Part shown: piece by piece, positions 48,970 to 60,997 of the stretch
Position numbering within the stretch: the first letter of the stretch is position 1
Layout of the letters: every line of letters starts with the position of its first letter
Origin: Scyliorhinus canicula
Taxonomy: Eukaryota
Direction: 5' to 3'
Assembly: GCF_902713615.1 (NCBI RefSeq)
Contig: NC_052172.1
Location: 12,938,185 to 13,002,184, forward strand
Length of the DNA stretch: 64,000 nt
The notes under the pieces: generated by a model
The model's input: only the letters and a program-made list of their open reading frames with translations
What the model was told of the DNA's origin: nothing
The model's database searches: none
Program-made: the position numbers and the translations under genes

Positions 48970-50830
48970 ATCCGGGACTCAATGCTGCCTTTGTCAGGGT
49001 CCTAATGCAATGGATGAGGCGAATGAGGGAGAGGTGATGCTGTGTGCAACTCTAGCAGGATGCCCCGCCTGAGGGACATGGTCAAGAGGGAGCCAGAGCA
49101 TGAACAGAAGGGTCAGAAGGAGAGACCCAGATTTCAGAGGCGAATCATCAGACCAAAGGTAAACCCAAGAAGAGTCTCCAATTTAGAAATGAGTGAGAGA
49201 CAATGTCAGATGTCTGCACTTGTCATGACCTCTGACAGATCAATGACGCCATATTCTTTGTGAAGACTTGACACCACGAGGAGTTGGAGCTTTCCCCCTG
49301 AACATAGAACATAGACATAGAACAGTACAGCACAGAACAGGCCCTTCGGCCCTCGATGTTGTGCCGAACAATGATCACCCTACTTAAACCCACGTAACCC
49401 GTATACCCATAACCCAACAATCCCCCCATTAACCTTACACTACGGGCAATTTAGCATGGCCAATCCACCTAACCCGCACATCTTTGGACTGTGGGAGGAA
49501 ACCGGAGCACCCGGAGGAAACCCACGCACACACGGGGAGGACGTGCAGACTCCACACAGACAGTGACCCAGCCGAGAATCAAACCTGGGACCCTGGAGCT
49601 GTGAAGCATTGATGCTAACCACCATGCTACCGTGAGGCAGCGCAGTTTCTGCCTGCGGGGGCTTTCCAGTGATCAACTGGGTACTTCTGTGGCATCACTC
49701 AGTCCCAAACACACAGATGCATAAAGGTCAAAGTTGCTCTTTACAAGAAGGTACATCAGTTTGTCAGGTTTGCTCTGGATGAAAATAGGCCGGCTGCAGA
49801 TTCACCACCGTCGCCACCATCTCAGGTTTCCCAAGAGTGCAGGGTGCAATAGACTGCACCCATGTAGCTTTATGGGCTCCATTGCAGCAGCCCCTAATGT
49901 TATTAAAGTGCAAAAGCTACCATTCTATCAATGTGCAGATCGTATGTGATCATTGCATGAACAAAATGCACGTTAGTACACGATACACTGGGAGTTGCCA
50001 TGATTTCTGCATCCTAAATCACTCCCAGGTCCACATGAGACTTTCAAAGGGCCAGTACATCTGCAGGAGTGACTACTTCGGGATAAGTGGTGCCCACTGA
50101 AACGCTGGCTGATGATACTGGTACGTTGCCATCACAGTCATTCCAAGGAGAGATACAACGCTGCTCACAACTCCACACGCTCTCTTATAGAGAGAACCAT
50201 ATGACTTCTGAAGATGCATTTCAGGGCAGCACGGTAGCATTGTGGGTAGCACAATGGCTTCACAGCTCCAGGGTCCCAGGTTCGATTCCGGCTTGGGTCA
50301 CTGTCTGTGCGGAGTCTGCACATCCTCCCCGTGTGTGCGTGGGTTTCCTCCGGGTGCTCCGGTTTCCTCCCACAGTCCAAAGATGTGCAGGTTAGGTGGA
50401 TTGGCCATGATAAATTGCCCTTAGTGTCCAAAATTGCTCTTAGTGTTGGGTGGGGTTACTGGGTTATGGGGATAGGGTGGAGGTGTTGACCTTGGGTAGG
50501 GTGCTCTTTCCAAGAGCCGGTGTAGACTTGATGGGCCAAATGGCCTCCTTCTGCACTGTAAACTCTATGAAAGGTGCTTGGACTGCTCAGATGGTTCACG
50601 GAAATACAATCCCAATAGGGTTTCACCCATCATTGCAAGTGTGTTGCATCCTTCACAAACTGGCAATGTAAAGAGATGATCCTTTGCCAGAAGGTGAAAT
50701 GGAGGCGGATGAGAGCTTAGCAGTGGATGAAGATACAGAGGAAGCTCAGGAGGCTGCTGAGGGTCAGTATGAACGTGATGACACTACGGAGGAAGCAAGA
50801 CATGGGAGACGTGCTGACAGGTCCCAGTTA
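48970..50830 (+). mobile_element. PIF/Harbinger DDE transposase pseudo-ORF, split by two V-SINEs (49301-49640 -, 50224-50549 +)
   Basis: GAIDCTHV, YHSINVQIVCD, GSCHD, RCLD and CCILH motifs of HARBI1-type transposases. Confidence 0.88.
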
Positions 50831-51829
50831 AGGGAGGGCATATATGGCCACATCTCTCGCGCCCTCAATGCCATCCATTTACATCTCAGCGCTTGTACAA
50901 CCACTCGCATTCTAGTCTCATTAATCGCCAGGGCATGCTCTCTGCGTTGGTCTGTGATGCCCTGTGAATGCACTCATTCTGGAAACTGAGGGTCCACTGA
51001 GGAACGAAAGCAAAATGACAGAAGATTTGAAGCTTTCGCCGCCAGATAATGATGCAAACACGGCAGCTACTGAGAGGAAGATATAGTTAGGGATCTCCTC
51101 CACTCTTGCTTCATAGTTAGGGATCTCCTCCACTCTTGCTTCATAGTTAGGGATTTCCTGCTCCGGGGCTGATGCACCCTCTTGCACGTCTTGTCTTCTG
51201 TCACTGCCATTGAGGAGATACAAATGCCTCTAGAATATCAATACTGATGGGCTATCCTCACTCAATGGTGCTCCTTGTGGAAGGAGGGTTAGAAACGCAT
51301 ATATCACACACTTCAAATAAAGATTTAAACACATCTCCCTGACCTCACCCAAAGGTATGGAGACTAGGTGAAGAGAGGTCAACATCACAGGAATGTTAAC
51401 CATACGGTGGGACATTATCGCTGTAGGGTGGGGAGGATAAACCTTAATATAAGAGAATTCTAATGTTCAAAATCACAACGTTATCAAAACATTCACATAC
51501 CCATCAAATGGATTCACAAAAGTGCAATTTCTTTACAATGACAGCACACCCGTGACTCCAAAATTTGTTAACTTTACTAACCATACACGGTGGCTCAGTG
51601 GTTAGCACTGCTGCTTCACCGTGCCCAGGACCCGGATTCGATCCTGGCCCCGGGTCACTGTCCGTGTGGAGTTTGCACATTCTCCCCGTGTCTGCGTGGG
51701 TTTCACCCCCACAGCCCAAAGATGGGCAGGGTAGGTGGATTGGCCACTCTAAATTGAGCCTTAATTGGAAAAAAATAAATCGACATTCTAAATTTTTTTT
51801 TAAAGTTTCCTAACCATTCTCTGGAACAG

Positions 51830-54075
51830 CCCGACATCTGCAGAAAAGGCGGAGGCAGCCTGTTGACTGCTCTGTCGTGATGTGCGCGATTACCTTGGTG
51901 GGCGCCCTCTGCTGGCCCAAAGCCTGGAGGTTCCCCACCTGATCAGGATCTCCTGCTCCGGGGCTGATGCACCCTCTGCAGTCTGAGGAACTGGGGTGGA
52001 TGGGGTCACAGGCAGTGAGGACTTGAGCGGTTGCACATTCTTGGAGTGTCCTGTGAGGAGGCCCCCGGGGTGTCCGGCTGGTGATCACCCACCCTGTGGG
52101 TTCCCAGGTTTTCCGACCTTGAGGAGTTGGTGCACCTGGAGTGAGGTCAACGCCCGCATATCATCTACATTTTGATGGTGCCCACCTGGGTGTGTAGCCA
52201 TGAAGTGCAGGGTCGAGCGCAAATACGGGAAGACCTACTGGATCATGGTCTCCACAGTGGTCACCGGCCTTCCCATTGTGACCTCGATGGAACATGGACC
52301 GACTCCTCTGTTGTTCGCTCTAGTCTGCTGAGTGACTGTTGAATGATCTTCCATGCCTGATCTTCCGCTGCCTGTTGTCACACCTCCAACATTGGGTTGG
52401 CGGCCACTCGCAGAGGTTCATCTTCTGATGCAGCCCTTCGAGTGCCGCAGACCTGGGCTGCCCCTGCTTCTGACTGCTGCACGGATGTGTCAGTGAGATG
52501 CCCTCCCCAGCCTGATCTGGAGCTGCGCCCCATCGAGGTGTGTGTCTCTGCGCTGGTGGAGGTTGCGGGTGAGCGCTATGACCCTTCTTCCAGCACTTCC
52601 TCTTCAGACGTGGTCTGGGGGCTCCGACTGATGCCGGGCTGCCTTGTGGGCCGCGATCTGCTGCTCCCTAGAAAATAGAGTTTCAGTTGACGAGCATGAA
52701 CAATGTAACGCTGCACTGTGAGTGTCAGGATTTGGTGAAGTGATGGGTCTGTGATCCAGCTAAGGTTGGTCAGACGAAACCGATCTTCCCTTCCCCACAG
52801 GAGTAACCCCTGTCCTCCCCAGCCAGCTCAGCAGTTGTCTCCTCAAACTCTGTGAGGACATAAGAACTAGGAGCAGGAGTAGGCCATCTGGCCCCTCGAA
52901 CCTGCTCCGCCATTCAATGGCTGATCTTTTGTGGACTCAGCTCCACTTTCCGGCCCGAACACCATAAACCTTAATCCCTTTATTCTTCAAAAAACTATCT
53001 ATCTTTACCTTAAAAACATTTAATGAAGGAGCCTCAACTGCTTCACTGGGAAAGGAATTCCATAGATTTACAACCCTTTGGGTGAAGAAGTTCCTCCTAA
53101 ACTCAGTCCTAAATCTACTTCCCCTTATTTTGAGGCTATGTCCCCTAGTTCTGCTTTCACCCGCCAGTGGAAACAACCTGCCCGCATCTATCCTATCTAT
53201 TCCCTTCATAATTTTATAGGTTTCTATAAGATCCCCACTCCTAAATTCCAACGAGTACAGTCCCAGTCTACTCAACCTCTCCTCATAATCCAACCCTTTC
53301 AGCTCTGGGATTAACCGAGTGAATCTCCTCTGCACACCCTCCAGTGCCAGTACGTCCTTTCTCAGGTAAGGAGACCAAAACTGAACACAGTACTCCAGGT
53401 GTGGCCTCACTAACATCTTATACAATTGCAGTATAACCTCCCTAGTCTTAAATCCATCCCTCTAGCAATGAAGGGCAAAATTCCAAAATGTGCCTTCTTA
53501 ATCACCTGTTGTACCTGTAAACCAACTTTTTGCGACTCATGCACTAGCACACCCGGGTCTCTCTGCACAGCGGCATGCTTTAATATTTTATTATTTAAAT
53601 AATAAATAACAATAAGGACAATGATATTGGTCATCCGTTCCCTGGTCTGCGCCCTTTCCCTTCTGTTGTAAGTCAGCTTGTCCTGTATGAAGATGAAAGA
53701 AAGGCATGTAACCAGAGGGGATGGAGCAGAGGTCGGGTGAGGTACATATCCCTGTGTGTGGTGAGTCTTTCCCAGAAGGGCCAGAAGATGGGGTGTGAGC
53801 AACATGCTGGATGGGATGGTGGTGATGTGAAAGGTTCTGTGAGACAATACGTGGCGAGGTGTGTCCCCTGCTAATGGATGTGTGAGATTCCTGAAGAGAG
53901 TACCCCTTTTGAGTCCACAAAGCCATGATTGGAGGTTGTTGAAGGGTGACCTACCCTGTGCCAACCTCCTGTACAGGGCAGAGTGATGAGGCTGGTGGTC
54001 TTCCATCCCTGGGGTACAGGACATGCCTCTCCTCCCACACTCCTCTGGTCAAAGCCTCAAGGGCCTGGTGGGTGA
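51830..54075 (-). mobile_element. Probable Harbinger second gene (Myb/SANT-like), decayed, interrupted by a CR1
   Basis: Convergent with the transposase. Acceptor-like CATACAG then DKLTYNRRERAQT (~53685-53645); EERHVLYP segment near 54030. Confidence 0.55.
52858..53600 (-). mobile_element. CR1 LINE 3' fragment, relatively intact
   Basis: ORF 52937-53425 RPHLEYCVQFWSP...RRNFFTQRVVNLWN with a CR1 tail. Confidence 0.93.
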
Positions 54076-54102
54076 AGTGGGGGACCAAGTAACCTGTTTG
54101 AT

Positions 54103-54272
54103 TGGGCAGGTTTAGCTCAGTGGGCTCGACAGCTGGTTTACAATGCAGAACAAGGCCAGCGGCGCGGGTTCAATTCCCGTACCTGCTGACCCGAACAGGT
54201 GCCGGAATGTGGCGTCTAGGGGCTTTTCACAGTAACTTCATGCTTGTGACAATAAAAAATTATTATTATTAT
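54103..54272 (+). mobile_element. Diverged short tRNA-derived SINE with (TTA)n tail
   Basis: Same architecture as the 24180 family. Confidence 0.8.
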
Positions 54273-54496
54273 TCAATCAGTTACCTTCAAATCCACTCCC
54301 TCTTTCACCAGTGTGTGTACCATCGACAAGATGCACTGCAGTAACTCACAAGGACGCCTTCGACAGCACCTTCCAACTGCGACCATCTAGAGAAGGAGGA
54401 GGCAGCTGGTACATGGGACCGCCACCTGCCAATTCCCCTCCAAGCCACACACCATCCTGATTTGGAATCATTGCCATTTCTTCAGTGCCACCAGAA

Positions 54497-55770
54497 TCAT
54501 AGAATCGCTACAGTGCAGGAGGCCATTCGGTCCATCAAATCTGCACCAACCCTCTGAAAGAGCACCCTACCCAGACCCACATCCCACCCTAACCCCAGAA
54601 GCCCCCCCCCCCAACCTTTTTGGACACTAAGGGGCAATTTGGAATGGCCAATCCACCTAACCTGCACATCTTTGGACTGTGGGAAGAAACCCACGCACAC
54701 ACAAAGAACAACGCTGCCCGTCTAAACTAAAATCTTCTACACTTCCTGGGTCCGTATCCCTCTATTCCCATCCATTTCATGTATTTGTCAAGATGCCCCT
54801 TAAACGTCACTATCGTCCCTGCTTCCACCACCTCCTCCGGCAGCGAGTTCCAGGCACCCACTACCCTCTGTGTAAAAAACTTGCCTCGCACATCTGAAAT
54901 GAAATGAAAATCGCTTATTATCAAGTAGGCTTGAAATGAAGTTACTGTGAAAAGCCCCTAGTCGTCACATTCTGGCACCTGTTCAGGGAGGCTGTTACGG
55001 GAATTGAACCGTGCTGCTGGCCTGCCTTGGTCTGCTTTCAAAGCCAGCGATTTAGCCCTGTGCTAAACAGCCCCTAAACATTTCCTCTAAACCTTGCCCC
55101 TCGCATCTTAAACCTATGCCCCCTAGTAATTGACCCCTCTACCCTGGGGGAGAACGTGCAGACTCCACACAGTGACCCAAGGCCGGAATTGAACCCGGGG
55201 TCCCTGGCGCTGTGAGATAGCAGTGCTAACCACTGTGCCAAAATCCTGGTACTCCCTCTCTCTCGCGGTACTGTGGGCATTCCGACATGAGAGGGGACTG
55301 TACTGGTTCAAGAAGGCGACTCACCACCCCCTTCCCAAGGGCAATTAGAGAGGGGCAAAATGCTGGACTAGCCGGGGACGCCCACATCACATGAAAGAAT
55401 GGGGGGGGGGGGCAGAAAAAGGGTCAATCAGCATCTGTGGATGGGCAGCACGGTAGCATTGTGGATAGCACAATCGCTTCACAGCTCCAGGGTCCCAGGT
55501 TCGATTCCGGCTTGGGTCACTGTCTGTGCGGAGTCTGCTCATCCTCCCCGCGTGTGCGTGGGTTTCCTCCGGGTGCTCTGGTTTCCTCCCACAGTCCAAA
55601 GATGTGCACGTTAGGTGGATTGGCCATGATAGATTGGCCTTAGTGTCCAAAATTTGCCCTTAGTGTTGGGTTGGGTTATGGGGATAGGGTGGAGGTGTTA
55701 ACCTTGGGTAGGGTGCTCTTTACGGGAGCCGGTGCAGACTATGGCCTCCTTCTGCATTGTAAATTCTATG
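54497..55770. mobile_element. SINE/CR1 cluster: V-SINE pieces, CR1 fragment, short tRNA SINE (54896-55075 -), full V-SINE (55443-55770 +)
   Basis: Matches to the consensus sequences described above. Confidence 0.85.
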
Positions 55771-56031
55771 TCTATATTTCGGTGAGATACGGAAGACGTG
55801 GGCTGGAGGAACTGGTGAGTGTTGGAGGGGGAGTGGACCAATGGGGGATAAAATGGAGCTGGAGGCGAGGGGAGATGTGCTGCTCAGAGCCAGTAGGGGG
55901 CAGCGAGGCACTGAGGGTGGCTGTCTCCAGCCCCAGAACAGGAAATGAACATGTGAAAAAACCCCTGACACTTCAGCGACTGCTGGAGTGTGAGCAAAGT
56001 ATGAGTTGTGCTCAGTGCTGATGGTCCAACA

Positions 56032-56136
56032 ATGAACACCAACCAGGCAGCTTTGGACATCTCTTGCAAGAACCCACAAGATGACTTTGAGATTATCCAG
56101 AGGGTTGGAGGGGGAACCTATGGGGAGGTTTACAAG
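56032..56136 (+). CDS. MAP4K1: First coding exon of a GCK-I family MAP4K Ser/Thr kinase, most like MAP4K1/HPK1; the gene continues beyond the window
   Basis: [35 protein letters not shown] (kinase subdomain I); Kozak ACAATG; donor AAG|GTAAGG in phase 0. GGGTYGEV favours MAP4K1 over MAP4K2/3/5 (GxGTYGDV). Family assignment is secure; paralogue is less certain. Confidence 0.85.
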
Positions 56137-56836
56137 GTAAGGACCCAGGTTGGCTGGGCTGGTGGAAGTCTGCAGGATGTATTGTGGCTCAGTTACAGAA
56201 ATAGAGACGTTTAAATCGCTGCACCTTCAGCAGCCTGGGGCTCTGGAATTCGCTCCCTCTACCTCCTAGCCCTTTCCCCCTCCCTCTTTCTTTCCAGTAG
56301 ATGCTCATTGCAACCTTCTTCTCTGGCCCTCCTGTCTCCTCGTGTGGTTGCTCCAGTGTCACGTCCTTGCCCGGGAACAATCCCTGGCTCTGGGATGTGA
56401 CCGTTTACATTTGACTCCACCAAGTCCTAAATAGGATCCGATGAAGGGGGTTTGCCCATTGGGTGTGCATCTGATGGGACAATTCTCACTCATTGAAGAA
56501 TTGGAGTTGGGTGCAGGGAGGCACAGGTTTGTTACGGTGGGGGGTGAGATCCAGCACCCAAGGCCAGTCAGACACGTTCCTGGGAAGCTGTGAGGGCTGC
56601 CACAGTCGGTCAGCTGGCTCTGAATTCCCCGCGGGTGTGGCTGGCTGGCCACGCAGCGGCCCTGGGACAACTTGTGGAGTCGGAGTGAATGAGAGCGAAA
56701 CCTGGCCTGACCGAAACCGATAGTGAGGGGGAGAGGAGTGAGGGGGTGGAAAGGAGGGTGGGGGGTGTTCCTGTGAGATTCACAATTCCTCACTGAGCAA
56801 CCTGTCTGGCTCAGGAGTGCCCCCCCCCCCCCCATC

Positions 56837-59717
56837 CTGGGGAGATTGGGGAGGGAGCTGGGGCAGGAGGGATGGGGAGATTGGGGAGGGAGGGGGCAGG
56901 AGGGATGGGGAGATTGGGGAGGGAGTTGGGGCAGGAGGGATGGGGAGATTGGGGGGTTGGGGCAGGAGGGATGGGGAGATTGGGGAGGGAGTAGGGGCAG
57001 GAGGGATGGGGAGATTGGGGAGGGAGGGGGCAGGAGGGATGGAGAGATTGAGGAGGGAGTAGGGGCAGGTAGGATGGGGAGATTGGGGAGGGTAGGGGTA
57101 GAAGGGATGGGGAGATTGGGGAGGGTAGGGGCAGGAGATTGGGGAGGGTAGGGGCAGGAGGGATGGGGACATTGGGGAGGGAGTTGGGGCAGGAGGGATG
57201 GGGAGATTGGGGAGGGTAGGGGCAGGAGGGATGGGGAGATTGGGGAGGGTAGGGGCAGGAGGGATGGGGAGATTCGGGAGGGTTGGGGCAGGAGGGATGG
57301 GGAGATTGGGGAGGGTCGGGGCAGGAGGGATGGGGAGATTGGGGAGGGTAGGGGCAGGAGGGATGGGGAGATTGGGGAGGGTAGGGGCAGGAGGGATGGG
57401 GAGATTGGGGAGGGTAGGGGCAGGAGGGATGGGGAGATTGGGGAGGGTCGGGGCAGGAGGGATGGGGAGATTGGGGAGGGTAGGGGCAGGAGGGATGGGG
57501 AGATTGGGGAGGGTAGGGGCAGGAGGGATGGGGAGATTGGGGAGGGTAGGGGCAGGAGGGATGGGGAGATTGGGGAGGGTGTTGGGGCAGGAGGGATGGG
57601 GAGATTGGGGAGGGAGGGGGCAGGAGGGATGGGGAGATTGGGGAGGGTAGGGGCAGGAGGGATGGGGAGATTGGGGAGGGTAGGGGCAGGAGGGATGGGG
57701 AGCTTGGGGAGGGAGTTGGGGCAGGAGGGATGGGGAGATTGGGGAGGGTGTTGGGGCAGGAGGGATGGGGAGATTGGGGAGGGAGTTGGGGCAGGAGGGA
57801 TGGGGAGATTGGGGAGGGAGGGGGCAGGAGGGATGGGGAGATTGGGGAGGGAGGGGGCAGGAGGGATGGGGAGATTGGGGAGGGTAGGGGCAGGAGGGAT
57901 GGGGAGATTGGGGAGGGTAGGGGCAGGAGGGATGGGGAGATTGGGGAGGGTTGGGGCAGGAGGGATGGGGAGATTGGGGAGGGTCGGGGCAGGAGGGATG
58001 GGGAGATTGGGGAGGGTAGGGGCAAGAGGGATGGGGAGATTGGGGAGGGTAGGGGCAGGAGGGATGGGGAGATTGGGGAGGGTAGGGGCAGGAGGGATGG
58101 GGAGATTGGGGAGGGTGTTGGGGCAGGAGGGATGGGGAGATTGGGGAGGGAGGGGGCAGGAGGGATGGGGAGATTGGGGAGGGTAGGGGCAGGAGGGATG
58201 GGGAGATTGGGGAGGGTAGGGGCAGGAGGGATGGGGAGCTTGGGGAGGGAGTTGGGGCAGGAGGGATGGGGAGATTGGGGAGGGTGTTGGGGCAGGAGGG
58301 ATGGGGAGATTGGGGAGGGAGTTGGGGCAGGAGGGATGGGGAGATTGGGGAGGGAGGGGGCAGGAGGGATGGGGAGATTGGGGAGGGAGGGGGCAGGAGG
58401 GATGGGGAGATTGGGGAGGGTGTAGGGGCAGGAGGGATGGGGAGATTGGGGAGGGTGTAGGGGCAGGAGGAATGGGGAGATTGGGGAGGGAGTTGGGGCA
58501 GGAGGGATGGGGAGATTGGGGAGGGTAGGGGCAGGAGGGATGGGGAGATTGGGGAGGGTAGGGGCAGGAGGGATGGGGAGATTGGGGAGGGTAGGGGCAG
58601 GAGGGATGGGGAGATTGGTGGGGGGGCAGGAGGGATGGGGAGATTGGGGAGGGTAGGGGCAGGAGGGATGGGGAGATTGGGGAGGGTAGGGGCAGGAGGG
58701 ATGGGGAGATTGGGGAGGGTAGGGGCAGGAGGGATGGGGGAGATTGGGGAGGGTGTTGGGGCAGGAGGGATGGGGAGATTGGGGAGGGAGTTGGGGCAGG
58801 AGGGATGGGGAGATTGGGGAGGGAGGGGGCAGGAGGGATGGGGAGATTGGGGAGGGAGGGGGCAGGAGGGATGGGGAGATTGGGGAGGGTGTAGGGGCAG
58901 GAGGGATGGGGAGATTGGGGAGGGTGTAGGGGCAGGAGGAATGGGGAGATTGGGGAGGGAGTTGGGGCAGGAGGGATGGGGAGATTGGGGAGGGTCGGGG
59001 CAGGAGGGATGGGGAGATTGGGGAGGGTAGGGGCAGGAGGGATGGGGAGATTGGGGAGGGTAGGGGCAGGAGGGATGGGGAGATTGGTGGGGGGGCAGGA
59101 GGGATGGGGAGATTGGGGAGGGTAGGGGCAGGAGGGATGGGGAGATTGGGGAGGGTAGGGGCAGGAGGGATGGGGAGATTGGGGAGGGTAGGGCAGGAGG
59201 GATGGGGAGATTGGGGAGGGTAGGGCAGGAGGGATGGGGAGATTGGGGAGGGTAGGGCAGGAGGGATGGGGAGATTGGGGAGGGTAGGGCAGGAGGGATG
59301 GGGAGATTGGGGAGGGTAGGGCAGGAGGGATGGGGAGATTGGGGGGTTGGGGCAGGAGGGATGGGGAGATTGGGGAGGGAGTAGGGGCAGGAGGGATGGG
59401 GAGGGTGTTGGGGCAGGAGGGATGGGGAGATTGGGGGGTTGGGGCAGGAGGGATGGGGAGATTGGGGAGGGTAGGGGCAGGAGGGATGGGGAGGGTGTTG
59501 GGGCAGGAGGGATGGGGAGATTGGGGAGGGAGTTGGGGCAGGTGGGATGGGGAGATTGAGGAGGGTAGGGGCAGGAGGGATGGGGAGATTGAGGAGGGAG
59601 TAGGGGCAGGAGGAATGGGGAGATTGAGGAGGGAGGGGGCAGGAGGGATGGGGAGATTGAGGAGGGAGGGGGCAGGAGGGATGGGGAGATTGAGGAGGGA
59701 GTAGGGGCAGGTAGGAT
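56837..59717. repeat. G-rich ~33-35-bp minisatellite (GGGGCAGGAGGGATGGGGAGATTGGGGAGGGTA)n, about 2.9 kb
   Basis: Read directly. Confidence 0.98.
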
Positions 59718-60052
59718 AGTGAGGTTGAGGGCAGAGGGTAAGAGGAGGGAAGATGGAGGAAGGTGAGCGTTGGGGATAAATTACCTTTCTGGTACAAAGT
59801 GCCGGACAATGACTATCTCCTATAATAGAGGACCTAACCGCCGCCCCTTTACAGTCAATAGCATTACCATCACTGAATGCCCCACAATCAATGCCTTGGT
59901 TGTCACTATTGAACTGGACTGGCCATATTAGTCCTGTAGCTACCAGAGCAGGTCAGAGGCTGTGAATCCTGCGGCGAGTAACTCACCACCTGCCCCCAAG
60001 AGCCTGTCCACCATCTACCACCAAGTCGGGAATGTGTTTGAATACTCTCCAC

Positions 60053-60997
60053 CCACATTGTTGGAGGGGGACTGGAGAAGGGGGTAGTGTCGGCGGTTTA
60101 CAGGGCTATTTTGGAAGTGGAGAAGGCACCACTGAAAGGGATCAGGGCAAAGTGGGAGGAAGAGTTGGGAGAGGGTATGGAGGAGGGGTTCTGGTGTGAG
60201 GTGCTCCAGAGGGTGAATGCCTCCACCTCGTGCGCGAGGGTGGGGCTGATACAGCTGAAGGTGGTGTACAGAGCGCACCTCACAAGGGCGAGGATGAGCC
60301 GGCTCTTTGAGGGGGTAGAAGATGTGTGAACGTTGCGGGGTGGGGGGGGGGGGGGCGCAAACCATGTTCACATGTTTTGGTCCTGTCCAAACCTGGAGGA
60401 TTACTGGAAGGAGGTTTTTCGGGTAATCTCTAAAGTGGTGCACGTGAAACTGGACCCGGGTCCCCCGGAGGCCTGATTCGGGGTGTCGGACCAGCCGGGG
60501 TTGGAAACGGGTGCGGAGGCGGATGTTGTAGCCTTCGCCTCGTTGATCGCCCGAAGGCGGATCCTGTTGGGATGGAGAGCAGCCTCTCCACCCTGTGCCC
60601 TGGCGTGGCGGGGGGTCCTGCTGGAATTCTTGACTCTTGAGAAGATCAAATTTGAACTGAGGGGAGGGATGGAGGGGTTCTACAATTCATGGGCGTTATT
60701 CATTCTGCACTTTCGAGAATTGGATAATATCGAACATTAGGGGTGGGGGTTGGGAGAGTTGGGGGGAGGAGGGACTGTGTGTGTTAATGGTGACTATGGG
60801 TGATTCCTGATTCCTTTTTGGCATTTGTTTATGTGAACATGCGGGCTGTTGTTGGGGGGTTTGATGGGAGGATGGGATTGGTGTTATTGATATGAGTATT
60901 GACATTGCATTCATTACTGATTATTGTTTATTGTTGGTGGGTGTAAATTTGGGAGAAAATGTGAAAAAAGAGGAGAGTAAAAAATATTTAAAAAAAA
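60053..60997 (+). mobile_element. 5'-truncated L1 insertion (C-terminal zinc-finger region, 3' UTR, A-tail) inside a CR1-group remnant
   Basis: IQLKVVYRAHLT, NHVHMFWSC and ARRRILLGW motifs; 13-bp TSD GAATACTCTCCAC at 60040-60052 and 60998-61010. Confidence 0.92.

Noticed and set aside
49837-50100. Host HARBI1 gene
   Set aside because: Frameshifts, stops and SINE insertions show this is a decayed transposon copy.
56780-59809. 1009-aa Pro-rich ORF and overlapping Gly/Arg-rich ORFs
   Set aside because: These are translations of a minisatellite whose unit lacks stop codons. The region is intronic and has no domain or splice support.
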